Below are positions 9,453 to 21,300 of a stretch of DNA of 64,000 bases, one piece after another. Both the position numbers and the translations under genes were made by a program. The notes below the pieces were generated by a model. That model worked only from the letters and a program-made list of their open reading frames with translations. It was not told the DNA's origin and made no database searches. The first letter of the stretch is position 1, and every line of letters starts with the position of its first letter. This DNA comes from a virus. The DNA lies in IMG/VR virus record IMGVR_UViG_3300045988_120604. One strand, 5' to 3'.

Positions 9453-12293
9453 ATGAAATTACGAATCATAAAAAATCGTCCGATATTCGCTCCTGGCGGT
9501 AGTGTTCAGGATAAGAAACAGGATATTAATGTATCCTCTACTCAGCCTATTCTTGATTATGGAACGCCTGTTAATAAATGGGGTGAATCTGATATTCAGA
9601 ATATATATATGCCTTCTGATGTGATTTTAGAAACAGAGGAGGGGGAGATAAATCCATTTAGTAGTATGCCTACATCCGATCCGTTTTTTGAAAATCATGA
9701 TGCAGGATATGCAGGATATCTCGCTGATAATAGGGGTATGGTTAAAAACGTAGAGAAATCAGTCGTTGATAATGCAATGAATGTAGGTGGTGTTGATGCT
9801 GATTCCTCTAAAGAAAAACGTTCCCAAGATGGTAATCCTCTTGATCCTATGACTACCCCATATTATTCACCCGATCTAACCGGCAGAGCTCAAATGTTCG
9901 GTACAAGTCTTGGCCGGATAAGAGCCGGTAATAAGATCGGTGCTAATGTGGCTCAAGCTACCTTGTCTGGTGTTAGTTTAGGATTAGGTCTTACCCGTAA
10001 TATCATGGGAGCTTCATCTGCTGCGTATGCAGCCAGCAGAGACGAGCAGGCAGCGAGGGAAAAACTTGCCAAGGAGCGCCGGCAGCAATTCATCAAGTGG
10101 GAACGTGAAGGTGGTGGCGTGAATTTAGGTAACGGTCAGAAGATAGATACGTCTGATATGACCGGCGAATATATTTATCCTCTTCCCAAGTCTATGGAAG
10201 ATGCTGCGAATGTAGAGATAGAGAAAGGCGAGTACGTGCTGACTCCTGACTCCGTAGGGCCTATGGAAGCCAAAGGGAACAGACATGAAAATGGTGGCAC
10301 TCCGGTTGATTTGCCAGAGGCTTATATTGTTTCCGATTATCGTAAGATAGATGATGAGTTTGCCTCTTACGTTAGAGAAAATTATGGTATTAAGGCAACG
10401 TCAAAAGATACATACGCTACACTCCTTGATCGATATAAGAAGAAGATTGGTTTGTCTGATAAGTACGAAGATCAGGAGCGTGTATATAAGAGATTAGAGA
10501 AAAATGAAGATGTAAAAGACAAAAACACATCTAATCTTAATGCTTCTATTCTTTCCAAGTACGTCAATGAAAACCAGAAAGAGATAGACGAGCTTGAAGC
10601 ACAATTTCGTTCTTTCGCTGAAATCGTTTATGGCAAACAGGAAGAATCTAAGCGTAACGAGAAGATGGATGCTTTTTTCAGGGATGGCGGGGTTGTTGAT
10701 CTGAATCAGGTAAAGAAACAAGCTAAGGCTTTTAATATTGCAGAATCAGATGCTAAGAACTGGATATATGACGAGTATGTTAAGCAAACCAGAAAAATGG
10801 CTGAAGGTGGACCTACTCAGAAGGAGCTGGAGGAGCTTAGAAAGAATGCTATCGGCTACAATAAGCTTATCAATCAGTTATTTGGACGAACTCTTAATAT
10901 GACTGTATCTGATGTTAGTGGTCGTGAGCAGATTCTTAATCCTGATTCCAGTGTCAATGCCAACCAGAATCTCCAACATAGAAGCAATTTAGGATACGGC
11001 AGGGTAAATGATAAGGCGGTATCTAATTTGCTCGACGTAAACCGATGGGCTAACAAGTACAATACGGATGGTGATTTTGATACAGAAGGTTTCCAGAAAG
11101 GATACAACAGGCAATTAAATGCATTGTGGGCGTTAGCTGATGTAGGCGCTATTACGAATGCTGATGCAGCCAAGAAATTCAGAGATGAATACGGATTCTG
11201 GGGCCAGGACGCCGGAAGCTACGGAGGGAATCAGGCTTATAATTCATTTGCCGTAGATGATAAGTTTGGTCAGACAACAGCTACTCGTTCTTATTATGGG
11301 TTGGACGTTGTTTCGGCAGAGCAAAAAAGATTGTTAAACGAAAAAGGAATAAAGAATTATGTTGACTTATTTGGTGATAAATCTGATGCCGCTAAGAAGA
11401 TTCTGGGCTCCGATTATAATAAGTTTGTTGCTTTAAGAGATAGTGGGTTAATGCCGGAAATAGACTTCGTTCTTGAGTCTGTTAAACCAGAAATGAAGCC
11501 TATTGAGGCCGGTCCCATAGCACCAGGCCTTACACCGCCTAAGATTGGATCTCCTGGAAGGATAGAGGTAAAACCGAAAGCAAGTACGCCTACGACTGCA
11601 ACCGACACCGATACAGAGGAGGTGGTTGAAGACAACGGACCTAAAGGACAGGGCAGACCGGCGGCGTTCGGTCCTATCTTCCCGGAGATGCTGAGAACGC
11701 TCGATACAGGCTTGGAGATAGAGGGATTGGAAAGGCATCAGGCTCCGAGAATAGATCCGGTTCTGCAATCTGCTGATCAGTATATCAACGAGCTCAACCG
11801 CGCGACATCGGCTCAGTTGGACGCAGTAGGTGACGTGCCCGACTCCCAGCGCTCTGCTATTCTGGCTAATATGAACGCCATAGCCGGAAGCAATATAGCC
11901 AAGTACATTAACGAAGTAAATTTCAATAACGCAAGGCAAATAAACGAAGCTGATAGATTCAATGAAATGGCTTATGTTCAGACAGACGATAAGAACATAG
12001 CGGAAAGGCAACGTTATGAATCTGGGTTATTGAAGGCTATGGCTATAAGGGATGAAAATCTTGCTCGTTATTATGATAGCATAAACAGCGAAATACAGAA
12101 TAAGTTCAATGTTCGTACATCGTTGAATACCATAGCTTCCATAGCTCCGAATATGAGAATGCTTCCAAGTGGCCAAATTATTTACGTTCAAGGTAATCAG
12201 GATGTGATGAATATGGGTGATTATTCTACACCTTACTTGAGAAGTTTAAATGAAGAAGATGACGAAAATAAAAGAAGAAGGAGGACCAAATAG
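9453..12293 (+). CDS. Large virion/structural protein (~947 aa)
   Basis: Long ORF with a likely start at MKLRIIK (ATG 9453); the track starts at 9381. Confidence 0.6.
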   Translation: MKLRIIKNRPIFAPGGSVQDKKQDINVSSTQPILDYGTPVNKWGESDIQNIYMPSDVILETEEGEINPFSSMPTSDPFFENHDAGYAGYLADNRGMVKNVEKSVVDNAMNVGGVDADSSKEKRSQDGNPLDPMTTPYYSPDLTGRAQMFGTSLGRIRAGNKIGANVAQATLSGVSLGLGLTRNIMGASSAAYAASRDEQAAREKLAKERRQQFIKWEREGGGVNLGNGQKIDTSDMTGEYIYPLPKSMEDAANVEIEKGEYVLTPDSVGPMEAKGNRHENGGTPVDLPEAYIVSDYRKIDDEFASYVRENYGIKATSKDTYATLLDRYKKKIGLSDKYEDQERVYKRLEKNEDVKDKNTSNLNASILSKYVNENQKEIDELEAQFRSFAEIVYGKQEESKRNEKMDAFFRDGGVVDLNQVKKQAKAFNIAESDAKNWIYDEYVKQTRKMAEGGPTQKELEELRKNAIGYNKLINQLFGRTLNMTVSDVSGREQILNPDSSVNANQNLQHRSNLGYGRVNDKAVSNLLDVNRWANKYNTDGDFDTEGFQKGYNRQLNALWALADVGAITNADAAKKFRDEYGFWGQDAGSYGGNQAYNSFAVDDKFGQTTATRSYYGLDVVSAEQKRLLNEKGIKNYVDLFGDKSDAAKKILGSDYNKFVALRDSGLMPEIDFVLESVKPEMKPIEAGPIAPGLTPPKIGSPGRIEVKPKASTPTTATDTDTEEVVEDNGPKGQGRPAAFGPIFPEMLRTLDTGLEIEGLERHQAPRIDPVLQSADQYINELNRATSAQLDAVGDVPDSQRSAILANMNAIAGSNIAKYINEVNFNNARQINEADRFNEMAYVQTDDKNIAERQRYESGLLKAMAIRDENLARYYDSINSEIQNKFNVRTSLNTIASIAPNMRMLPSGQIIYVQGNQDVMNMGDYSTPYLRSLNEEDDENKRRRRTK

Positions 12294-15200
12294 TGGCTTC
12301 ACAGTATAGTATTTTAAGGCAATATGCCCCGTATGTTAGTCCTTACAACATAGATCTTGTTAAGGACGTCATGATGTACAAACAGCAGAAGGTTGATGCT
12401 GCTCGTGAAAAGATCTATACCCAGGTAGATTATCTTATGGGTCAAGAGATAGATAAGCCTGAAGCCCGCGCTTATATGGAAGATAAGATGTCAGGTGTGA
12501 TTGCTAACATCAATCAAAAATTCAAAGGCGTGGATCTTTCTTCTGATGGTGTTACGAGAGCTATACAAGGAGAGATCAGTTCAGTGTTGGATGATACGGT
12601 CATTAACGCGATTGCCGGCACAAAAGAAGGCAGGAGAATGCATAAAATGCTATCTGATTTACAAATAAATAATCCAGAACTTTATTCTGCTGCGAATGCT
12701 TATGCGGCTTTAAAGCCGTATAATGAATGGGTGAATGATGGAAAGGCTGGTTCCCGTCTTGCTCCTCTTCAATATACTCCTTATACTGATTATAATAAGG
12801 AATTAAAAGATAGGATAGATTTTATAAGCAAGCTTCATAAAGGAGCTAAAGTTCAGATTCCTATTCTTGACAAGGATGGTCATCCTACCGGGGCAGTACA
12901 AGAAGTAACTGAGGATATGCTTACTCCTGAACAGATAGCTTCTTTCGCATTGTCAGGGTTATCAGATAAAGCAAGGCAGCAGATGCAGGTGGAGGCTATT
13001 TACATGGTAGACTCTAATCCCTCTTTATATTCGTATGATTCTGTTCTTGGTTTTATGAATAAGCAGATAAGTGATAAGCAGAGGTATGTTGATGCTCTTA
13101 CTGCCGATCTTTCCGGTTTGGGTTCTGATCCTGCAAAGAAAGAAATGGTTGAAAATGAAATAAAGAGAGCCAAATCTGAAATAGCTTCCATGAAATCTGA
13201 ATTTAGCAGAATGGATGAAAGGACTTACGATCCGTATCTTGGAGCGATGAATGTTATTGAAAATAATTTTATTAATAATGCTGCTGCTTCATATGCTTAT
13301 GATAATTCGTCTTTCATAATCAAAGCCGACGAGCTTTACTGGAAAACCAAAGAATATAATCAGAGGGAAAGATTAGCTAATTTGAATTTCGAAAAATGGA
13401 AGATAGAATTTGAATATGAAAGAAATAGGAATATTGCAGAGTTTGAATATGGTAAGAATAAGGATGAAGCCAGATTTGGATTAGACGAAGAACGTCTGAA
13501 GATGCAGAATAGGCTTAATGAAGCCAGAATAGCAAAACTTATGTCCTCTGGTGCAGGAGCGGCAGGCGGCAGAGCTGGAAGCCGAGCCATGCAGGTGGGC
13601 GTTGGCACAAACTCTGGTGGAACTATTTCAGCTAATCCTATCGAAACTAAAAATATTAGCATATCAGAAGAAACTCATAAGAAGTTTAATAAGGCATATA
13701 CAGATCTTGTAACATCCGGAAGTAGACTATCTACAGCCCTTGGTGCTGAAAACATGAAAAATATTCAAGCTGCCATATCAAGAAATATGACGGATGAAAC
13801 ATCAGGATACAAGTATCTTATGGATGAAGAAAAACTTCTTAAGTATATAAAGGACAATGGAGGTCTCTCTAATGATATGTTTGACAAGCTACCTATGGCA
13901 GAGAGAAAAGCTGCCACAGATGCTTATATGCAGCTTAATAGCGCTGTAGACAAGATGGATATAGAGAATGATAGAATTAAGAAGGAGAATAAGATTTATG
14001 ATAATATTGTATCTGAAATAGCAAATGCGATCGCGCAGAAGGAAGGAGGTAAACCCGAAGAATATATAGCCTATGCTACAGCGTTATCCCTTAATGATAT
14101 TTTAAGAAAAAATAGAGGTACAGTCGGCGATGTAGAATCTGGAGTAAGATATTATGGAAAAGGATTCTCGCCTGTTGATATAGTTACTATAAGAAAGAGG
14201 GTGAAAAATGATGGCATTGATTTATCTAAAGTATTTGAGAGGGATAGCAAAAGTGGCAGGTATTTCTTAAAAAAATACGATGATGTAAAAAATAGTTTCT
14301 CGGATGGTGAAGAAAATGTGTTTTTTAATACACTGTACTCTATTAGTGAAATGGAAGGTGCTGGATACTATGCGGTAACTGATATTAATATGGCTAATCA
14401 AATAACTAAGGTTCAGGATGATGCTATAAATGAGATACGTAAAGAATATCTCGAACTGTATTCACCTAATACAGTAACGTATTCAACCAAATTAACCTCC
14501 AAGGAGGCTGGTTATAGAGAGATGGGGGTTCTCAGGGATCTATTTACTAAGAAAATGGCAGAGCATCCTGTTGGTAAATATAAATCATCATCGGCAACCA
14601 TTGAATCATTTTCTTTGACAGAATCGGGAATAGCCGACAATGGAGAGAAGACTTACAGTTTGGTCGCTAATCATACCGGTAAAAGAGGAGAGACAGATAT
14701 TGTTGAGGTGTCTGAAACAGAGTTGATAAACAATGGTATAGATCCTGGTGTTAATACTCCTTCTGTCGATATAGGTGGATATGAAAGTGGTATTATAAGA
14801 CCTACATTTGGAAGTGATACTAATATGTGGTATCCGAAGATGCTTGAAAATTCAGGTATATCACCCGCTTATGCTTCTGTATCTTCAATGATGAAAGTGT
14901 TATCAGATATGATAAATGAATCTGGTAATAATTTAGATGATATGCCAGAACAAAAGGTTTGGCTTCTTAATGCAGCTAAAGATATATTGGATAACAGCGG
15001 AAAGCTTGGTGTAAAGGTTGAAGGTTATGATCCTAAGACAAGTTACGGTTATGGATATGAGACAAGGCTTTATCTTATGGAGAATGGTAAACCTGAGTTA
15101 ATAGATTCGTTTGATACTCCTAATGTATGGTTTGCGGATAATGTGTCTAAAGAACTTGCTGTTGCGCCTCAGAAAAAAATAGTTGATTTTGTTGGGCCAG

Positions 15201-15316
15201 CCATAACAGAAGAGATTAAGGATATGGTGACAGCAAAAGAAGGAGGTAATTTGCCTACGTCTTTGAATAAAAACGGCAAGTTGATGAAGTTGTTGAATAG
15301 TGTAAATAGGGAATAA
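12293..15316 (+). CDS. Large virion/structural protein (1007 aa)
   Basis: GTG start overlaps the upstream stop (taGTG) and is preceded by aaggagg, suggesting translational coupling. Function unknown. Confidence 0.65.
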   Translation: MASQYSILRQYAPYVSPYNIDLVKDVMMYKQQKVDAAREKIYTQVDYLMGQEIDKPEARAYMEDKMSGVIANINQKFKGVDLSSDGVTRAIQGEISSVLDDTVINAIAGTKEGRRMHKMLSDLQINNPELYSAANAYAALKPYNEWVNDGKAGSRLAPLQYTPYTDYNKELKDRIDFISKLHKGAKVQIPILDKDGHPTGAVQEVTEDMLTPEQIASFALSGLSDKARQQMQVEAIYMVDSNPSLYSYDSVLGFMNKQISDKQRYVDALTADLSGLGSDPAKKEMVENEIKRAKSEIASMKSEFSRMDERTYDPYLGAMNVIENNFINNAAASYAYDNSSFIIKADELYWKTKEYNQRERLANLNFEKWKIEFEYERNRNIAEFEYGKNKDEARFGLDEERLKMQNRLNEARIAKLMSSGAGAAGGRAGSRAMQVGVGTNSGGTISANPIETKNISISEETHKKFNKAYTDLVTSGSRLSTALGAENMKNIQAAISRNMTDETSGYKYLMDEEKLLKYIKDNGGLSNDMFDKLPMAERKAATDAYMQLNSAVDKMDIENDRIKKENKIYDNIVSEIANAIAQKEGGKPEEYIAYATALSLNDILRKNRGTVGDVESGVRYYGKGFSPVDIVTIRKRVKNDGIDLSKVFERDSKSGRYFLKKYDDVKNSFSDGEENVFFNTLYSISEMEGAGYYAVTDINMANQITKVQDDAINEIRKEYLELYSPNTVTYSTKLTSKEAGYREMGVLRDLFTKKMAEHPVGKYKSSSATIESFSLTESGIADNGEKTYSLVANHTGKRGETDIVEVSETELINNGIDPGVNTPSVDIGGYESGIIRPTFGSDTNMWYPKMLENSGISPAYASVSSMMKVLSDMINESGNNLDDMPEQKVWLLNAAKDILDNSGKLGVKVEGYDPKTSYGYGYETRLYLMENGKPELIDSFDTPNVWFADNVSKELAVAPQKKIVDFVGPAITEEIKDMVTAKEGGNLPTSLNKNGKLMKLLNSVNRE

Positions 15317-15319
15317 TAT

Positions 15320-18300
15320 ATGGAAAATAAGGAACAGACATTGGTAGAGAAATCAGGTTTCTTATCATCTACTGGATTAAGAGGGTATAATGCCGGAGTT
15401 CCTACGCGATATGAAGAAGAATCTTCTCTTATTGAGGGAGCAAAAAGAGAGATGGAGAGGATGAAAGTAGGTTCATATACTCCCCCGGTATCAGCCATAA
15501 ATCCTGATGATGATTCAGAAAAAGGGTCTGATATTAGCGGAATAGATACTTCTTTTGATGTAGACACATCTTTTTCTGGACTAAAATCGGCTCTGAATGG
15601 TGGAGATGATCCAAGAAAGAAGAAAGAGGAGTCTTATAATAAGTTAAATTCCATGATAAAATCTATTCAAGATAAATCAAGGAATACTTATTCTGGTAAA
15701 CGAACGTCTTATGGTGAGGTTATAGCTGGTGATCAACAGTCATCTGCTGTTGATTTTGGTGTATTTGGTAAAGGAAGAACTATTAAGTTAGATGAAGCAT
15801 ATGACTTTTTATCCGATGGGAACATCGGTCTTGCAAAGTTTAAAAGTTATATGCCAGGAAGGGATAATGAAGATTATTACGGAAGAAGGCAAACTACTTG
15901 GGATAAGGCTGTTAATGGTATGGGGAAATTTGTCACAAAAACAGCATTATATGGTGTATCAGGAGTAGTAGGTATTATCCCGGCTGCGTATAATCTTATA
16001 AAGACTGGTACGTTATCTTCTGCATTTGACAATGATTTTATACGGACCATAAATGATATAGATGAAAGAATAAACCACTCTCTTCCTCATTATTATACAA
16101 GAGAAGAGCGTGATATGGGATTTTTGCAGAGTCTTGGAACTGCAAATTTTATTTTTAATGATGTTATTGGAAATGGTCTATCGTTTATGGCAGGAGCTCT
16201 TCTGTCTGTCTACTTTACAGGTGGGTTGGGCGTGTCAAGTCTTGGAGCTATTGGCGCTAAAGTAGGGATGAGAGTGGCCGGGAAGATGGCGGCGTCTAAG
16301 ATTGCGGCAAGTGCTGTAAAATCAGCTTTTGGAGCGTATAGAGCAGGAGCGATGTACGGCAGGGCTATAGGTAATATGGCCAAGGTAGGAGTAAATACGT
16401 TCGTGGGCGCCGGCTGGGAGTCTGCCGTGGAGGCTCAGTCCTTCATGAAAGACTCTGAAAGTAAATACAAGGAATATTTTAAAAATATGTATGGTCGGAA
16501 TCCTAATCAGTCTGAGACGGCTGAATTTAAGAGTTCTATTTCCGATACGGCAAATAGCATATTTTTAGCTAATATGGGTATAGTTGGATTATCCAATTAT
16601 CTTCTTCTGGGAAAATATCTTGGAGTAGACACTGGTTTTGCTTCTAAATACATACCTGGATTAAAGGGTGTATCAAACACATATAGGGAATCAAAGAGTT
16701 TTGTAGATCGCTATTTGTTTGGATTAGGGACTAAGAAGGTAGCGGGTGATGCTGGAAGATTACAGACGATAAAAGCAAATTTATTCCAGAAATCCTTAGC
16801 TACTGTTTGGAATGTATCTAAAAGACCCATATCTGAAGGTGTATGGGAGGAAGGCATGCAAGGTGTTGCTCAGCGCATGGGGGAAGATTTTATTAGATCA
16901 AGATATGATAAGACGTATCTTGATGCTACGTCTTCTATAGTTGATTCTTTTTCTAAGGCCATAGCTGAACAATTTACAACCAAAGAAGGATTGAAAGAGA
17001 TTGGCATAGGAGCCCTGATTGGTGGTTTATTTGGAGCCAGAAATGGTGCTTTTGGTTTATATGAAAGGAGAAATAAAGAGCGTACTATTAATACTGATGT
17101 TGAGGAATTTAATAGTAATAATGCTTTTACTTCTCAATCTGTAAAAGACTCTATGCGAAATTTAGCCGAATTTAATGCTCAAATGAATGATCCTGAATCA
17201 GATTATTATTCTAAATTTGAATTATCTGACAGAATGGGAATGTTAGAGGATACGGCTAACAATTTCAGGTCAATGGTTAAAAGCCTTGACGAAAGTGAGT
17301 TGGCTTCTGAAATGAAAGTAGATGAAGAAACTGTTAAAAAATACAAGGAAGATATTATAAAAGATTTTGATAAGAAGTTAGCCAATTATAAAAAAGCTTC
17401 TTCTTTTGCTGAGGTTATTACTGCTGAGACTTCATCTGATCTTTATCGATCTAATGTTGCTAATGCTGTGTTTAAGGGGTTGGATGCAGAGGATATGGCA
17501 ATGGAAGTATCAAATGATATTGCTGATTATGTAAATGACAATAATTTGTTTGATGATATAAATACGTTTTATTCATTATCAAGTCAAGCTTTTGATACAG
17601 CTAATCAGTTAAGGGAATTGCGTAATGAGATCAATGATCTGAATGCTGAAATAGAAAGGTTGGCTACAACTCCAAGAAGAGTAGAGGATGGCAATGATAT
17701 CGAAGCAGAGGCTATAAAACAAAAAACTATTAAATACGATAATCTTAATAAGGAATATAGAAGGTTGTCAGAAGATCTTCTTAGTAGTTATAAAGAAGTA
17801 TTTTATTCTTTTGATCCTGGAGTATTAGCTTTTGAGTTGTTTAAATCCGAAACAATAACTGCTGAAGATATATTGAAAGCTTATGACTCTGTAGCTTCTT
17901 TAAGTACTTATATTGAGAATAATAAAGGGAAGAAAGAAGCAGAGGATTTAAGAAATATGGTGGTGAAATACCAGCAAGCCATTACCCAATATAAGGTTTT
18001 ACGGTCATTTATGAACTCCATACAGGATAAGAAATTCATGAGACATGATTTTTCTTTATTTTCTAAGTTCTTAAATGATATGGTATCTTCTAATACTAAA
18101 TCTATAGAAAGTGATCGTTTTTACCAGACAGAGGATAATAATATCAGTTTGGATGAAAAAATAGATGAGCTTCTGAATAATGGAGAAATAAATTCAGATG
18201 AAGCATTTACCATGAAAGTATTTGGTCATCTAAACGATGGTATAACTCAGAAGCCGAAAGAAGATATATTGTCTGATTTTGATTATGAGTCGGCAATGGA

Positions 18301-21300
18301 AGATCTTTTGTCTGCACCTATAGAGGTTAAAGAACGTATCGTAGATAAGATATATACAGGTAATCAAGATCTTTTATCTCCAAGGGAGAAGGAGATATAT
18401 GAAAAGTATAAACAGGATATTGATGATTATATATCAAATCTTGGTGATAGTCCGGCTAAGATGATAAAAGATTTATCAGATAAAGTTAAGAGACTTACTG
18501 AACCTCGATCTGTGTATGAGGATAATAATATCATTATTGATATGGCTAAATCAAATTTGGAACCAGATCAAAGGCAGGAACTTGATGATGCTATTTCTTC
18601 GTATGTGGATATAATGAACAGACGGGACAAAGGGGAGAAAGTTGATGAAGATAAGCTTGCTGATTCGGTATTTACCATAGAAGATCTTGGCCAAGTTGGA
18701 AACATCACAGATCTCCTTCCTTATATCGAACAAAACAGGATTATTGATAAAGGTCGTATTTCCGAATCTACGTTAAGTAATTTTGGGGAGGATGATGCTA
18801 ATATAGATTCTCTTGTAAATGAGTTAGACGAATCCGATAATACGCCGGGAGCTAACATAGATAGTGCCCAGAATCCAGAGACGTTGATGGTTAGAAGAAT
18901 ATCCAACGATGGCAACGAAAGGTATGAAATTGCGGGTCTTAGAGCCGATAAATTTATATCTTCTATAAAATCATTGGTTCCTATTCAAATAAGCTCTGAA
19001 ACGAACGCTAATGGTACTAAAAGGTATTCTCTTAACATAGGTGGAGAAACGGCTACTATAATGGAATTACCTTATCATGCGAGATGGTCTATAGATAAAG
19101 AATCGGCTCGTGTTCTTAATCGCTACACAGACGTGTCTATTCAGGACGTGGGTAATTCATATTCTTTGGTTTATAAGCGTCTTGATTCAGATGAGTTGGT
19201 TCCGTACAGAACAGGTGTCGGATTCGGAGAGAATGAAGTAGATAAAATAGATCAGGAAGCATTATCTTCTTTGAAAAAAGGAGATAAGGTGAATCTCGAA
19301 ATAGATGTAAATGATACCTATAATCAGTCTCTTTTTACCGAATACAATAACGCTGTTCAGTCCGGCGATAGAAATAAAATAGAATCTGCTGAAAATAAGC
19401 TGGTATCCAATATGGTTATTAAGGTTATGAGTGGGAACAGATTCGTTTCTGTTGTAAAAGCTGATACAGGAGGCATAGATGGTATAAGTAAGATAAGAAG
19501 AACGGCTTTCAACAAGTGGAAGAAGGACGCCGGCCGGTCGGCTACCGTCGGCGTCGGCACGCATGTTGTTGCCCAGACCCTTCCCGGAAGACCGGTGTTT
19601 AACATGAAGGTGAACGGTCAAGGATATGGCCAGGTAGAAAATCTCCCTATTACCGAAAAAGGTGCTGAAAAAGTATCTGATGTCGGATATGTATTAAATG
19701 GCAAAGTCGTGCTTAAGAACGGATCTAAATACACAGGCTTCCCATTTGCTTATTCTATATTAAATGACAAGGGGAATAATTACAAAAATGTAAGAGTTCC
19801 GGTAGTTGTCATCAAAGGTAAAAACGGTCTTAATTATCTTTTCCCAGTTAGCCTACGTTCTGTAGAATCAGAGGAAGGGCAGAAATGGATGTCTTTTATA
19901 GATATGCTGCTTGAATCTGGTGATTCTGAATTGCTACAGATGGGTCAAGATGATATACAAGATCTTAATGCGTATCTAACCAAGTTAGACCTTGATCCGG
20001 CTTCGTATCAAGTATCGTATTTGAATCCTATTTCAGGGCTTAGAAAAGCTCGTGAGGCTATAGAGAAATTATCTACGGTTCCTGATGTTGTTAAGTGGGT
20101 AGAAGATGGAAGTAGGAGCGTGAAAGACATTGTGACGTCTGAAGTAGAATCTGGAATAGATTTCGAAGGTGAGATGTTTGTTGCTCCTAAGATCAGGATC
20201 CAGTTTGGTAAATCATCTTCCAGGCCTAAATCACTTATAGAGGATGATCTTCCTTTCTCTGATGAGGGTAAGACCGTTACTTCTAAAGAAGATGTGGATG
20301 TTTATGAAGAGGAAATGCCAGAGGAAGGAGCTGTCCGGGGGACTCAGCCGGCGCCACCGGCTCAACCAGCTCCTGCGGCACAAGCTGCGCAGTCTTTACC
20401 TGGCAAGAAGCGTACCTCCAGGAAAAACTTCTCTCTTATGTTAAACGAAATAGAATCTCATATAGAAAAAGAGGGATTGCCGCCTTATGCTAATATTTTT
20501 GATTTTATAGCAAGGAAGATTGTAGGAGGTGACTTGAGGTTTCTTCGTGAGAGAGGTAATCCTAAAAGCCTTAAGGAGGAAATGGGATTAGAACCTAAAG
20601 GAACAGTAGGTGATAAGATATCCACTCCTTCCAGTAAAGGTGGTAAGACTTTAGAAGAATACGTTTCTTGGCTTCGTTCTCAAACAGATCAGGTGGTGGT
20701 GGATTATGTTGGGCCAAGATCTGATGAACAAATTATATCAGAGTTGGAAAACTTTTTGAAATATATTAATTTTGTTCCGAGTAAGGCTTTGAATTATTCT
20801 CTTAGAGTCAATGGCATGGATACCCTAAAAGAATATGGCACAAAAGAGGAAGTAGAAAAAATGGAATCTGATATCAATAGTTTGGTTTCTAAAGTTTTGC
20901 CTACGGTGGATAACCAAACTATAGAAGATGTTTCTACTGCAATAGAATCAAACAACTTGCCTGCCATATGGGAGCCCGTGGAAAGCCTTGATATGACAAA
21001 CGAGGGAAAAATAGAGTTTTTGAATAACGTAGCAGATTTCCTTAGCGGCATACCAGAGTATGATGCTGTTGTGGAGTCTATAGAGTCAGAATCAGATAAT
21101 ATTTTAAATGATGGAAAAGAAGGAAGTGCAGAAGGCGGTGCAGTACGCGCTGAGGAAGATGGCGATAAAAAGGGAGATGGAGAAGGCAAAGGACAATCCA
21201 GAACAAATGTCGAAGTTAAAGGAAATGTCGAATTACCTGGATATACAAAAGGAGAAATAGAAAAAGACGAACCTCGTATATCCGAAGAACCGCTTACTCA

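Noticed and set aside
8527-12011. Antisense ORFs (8527..9003, 9144..9359, 10494..10721, 10874..11173, 11448..12011 and similar) inside the large plus-strand genes
   Set aside because: They are shadow ORFs on the strand opposite long, well-supported genes. They have low-complexity composition and no start signals.
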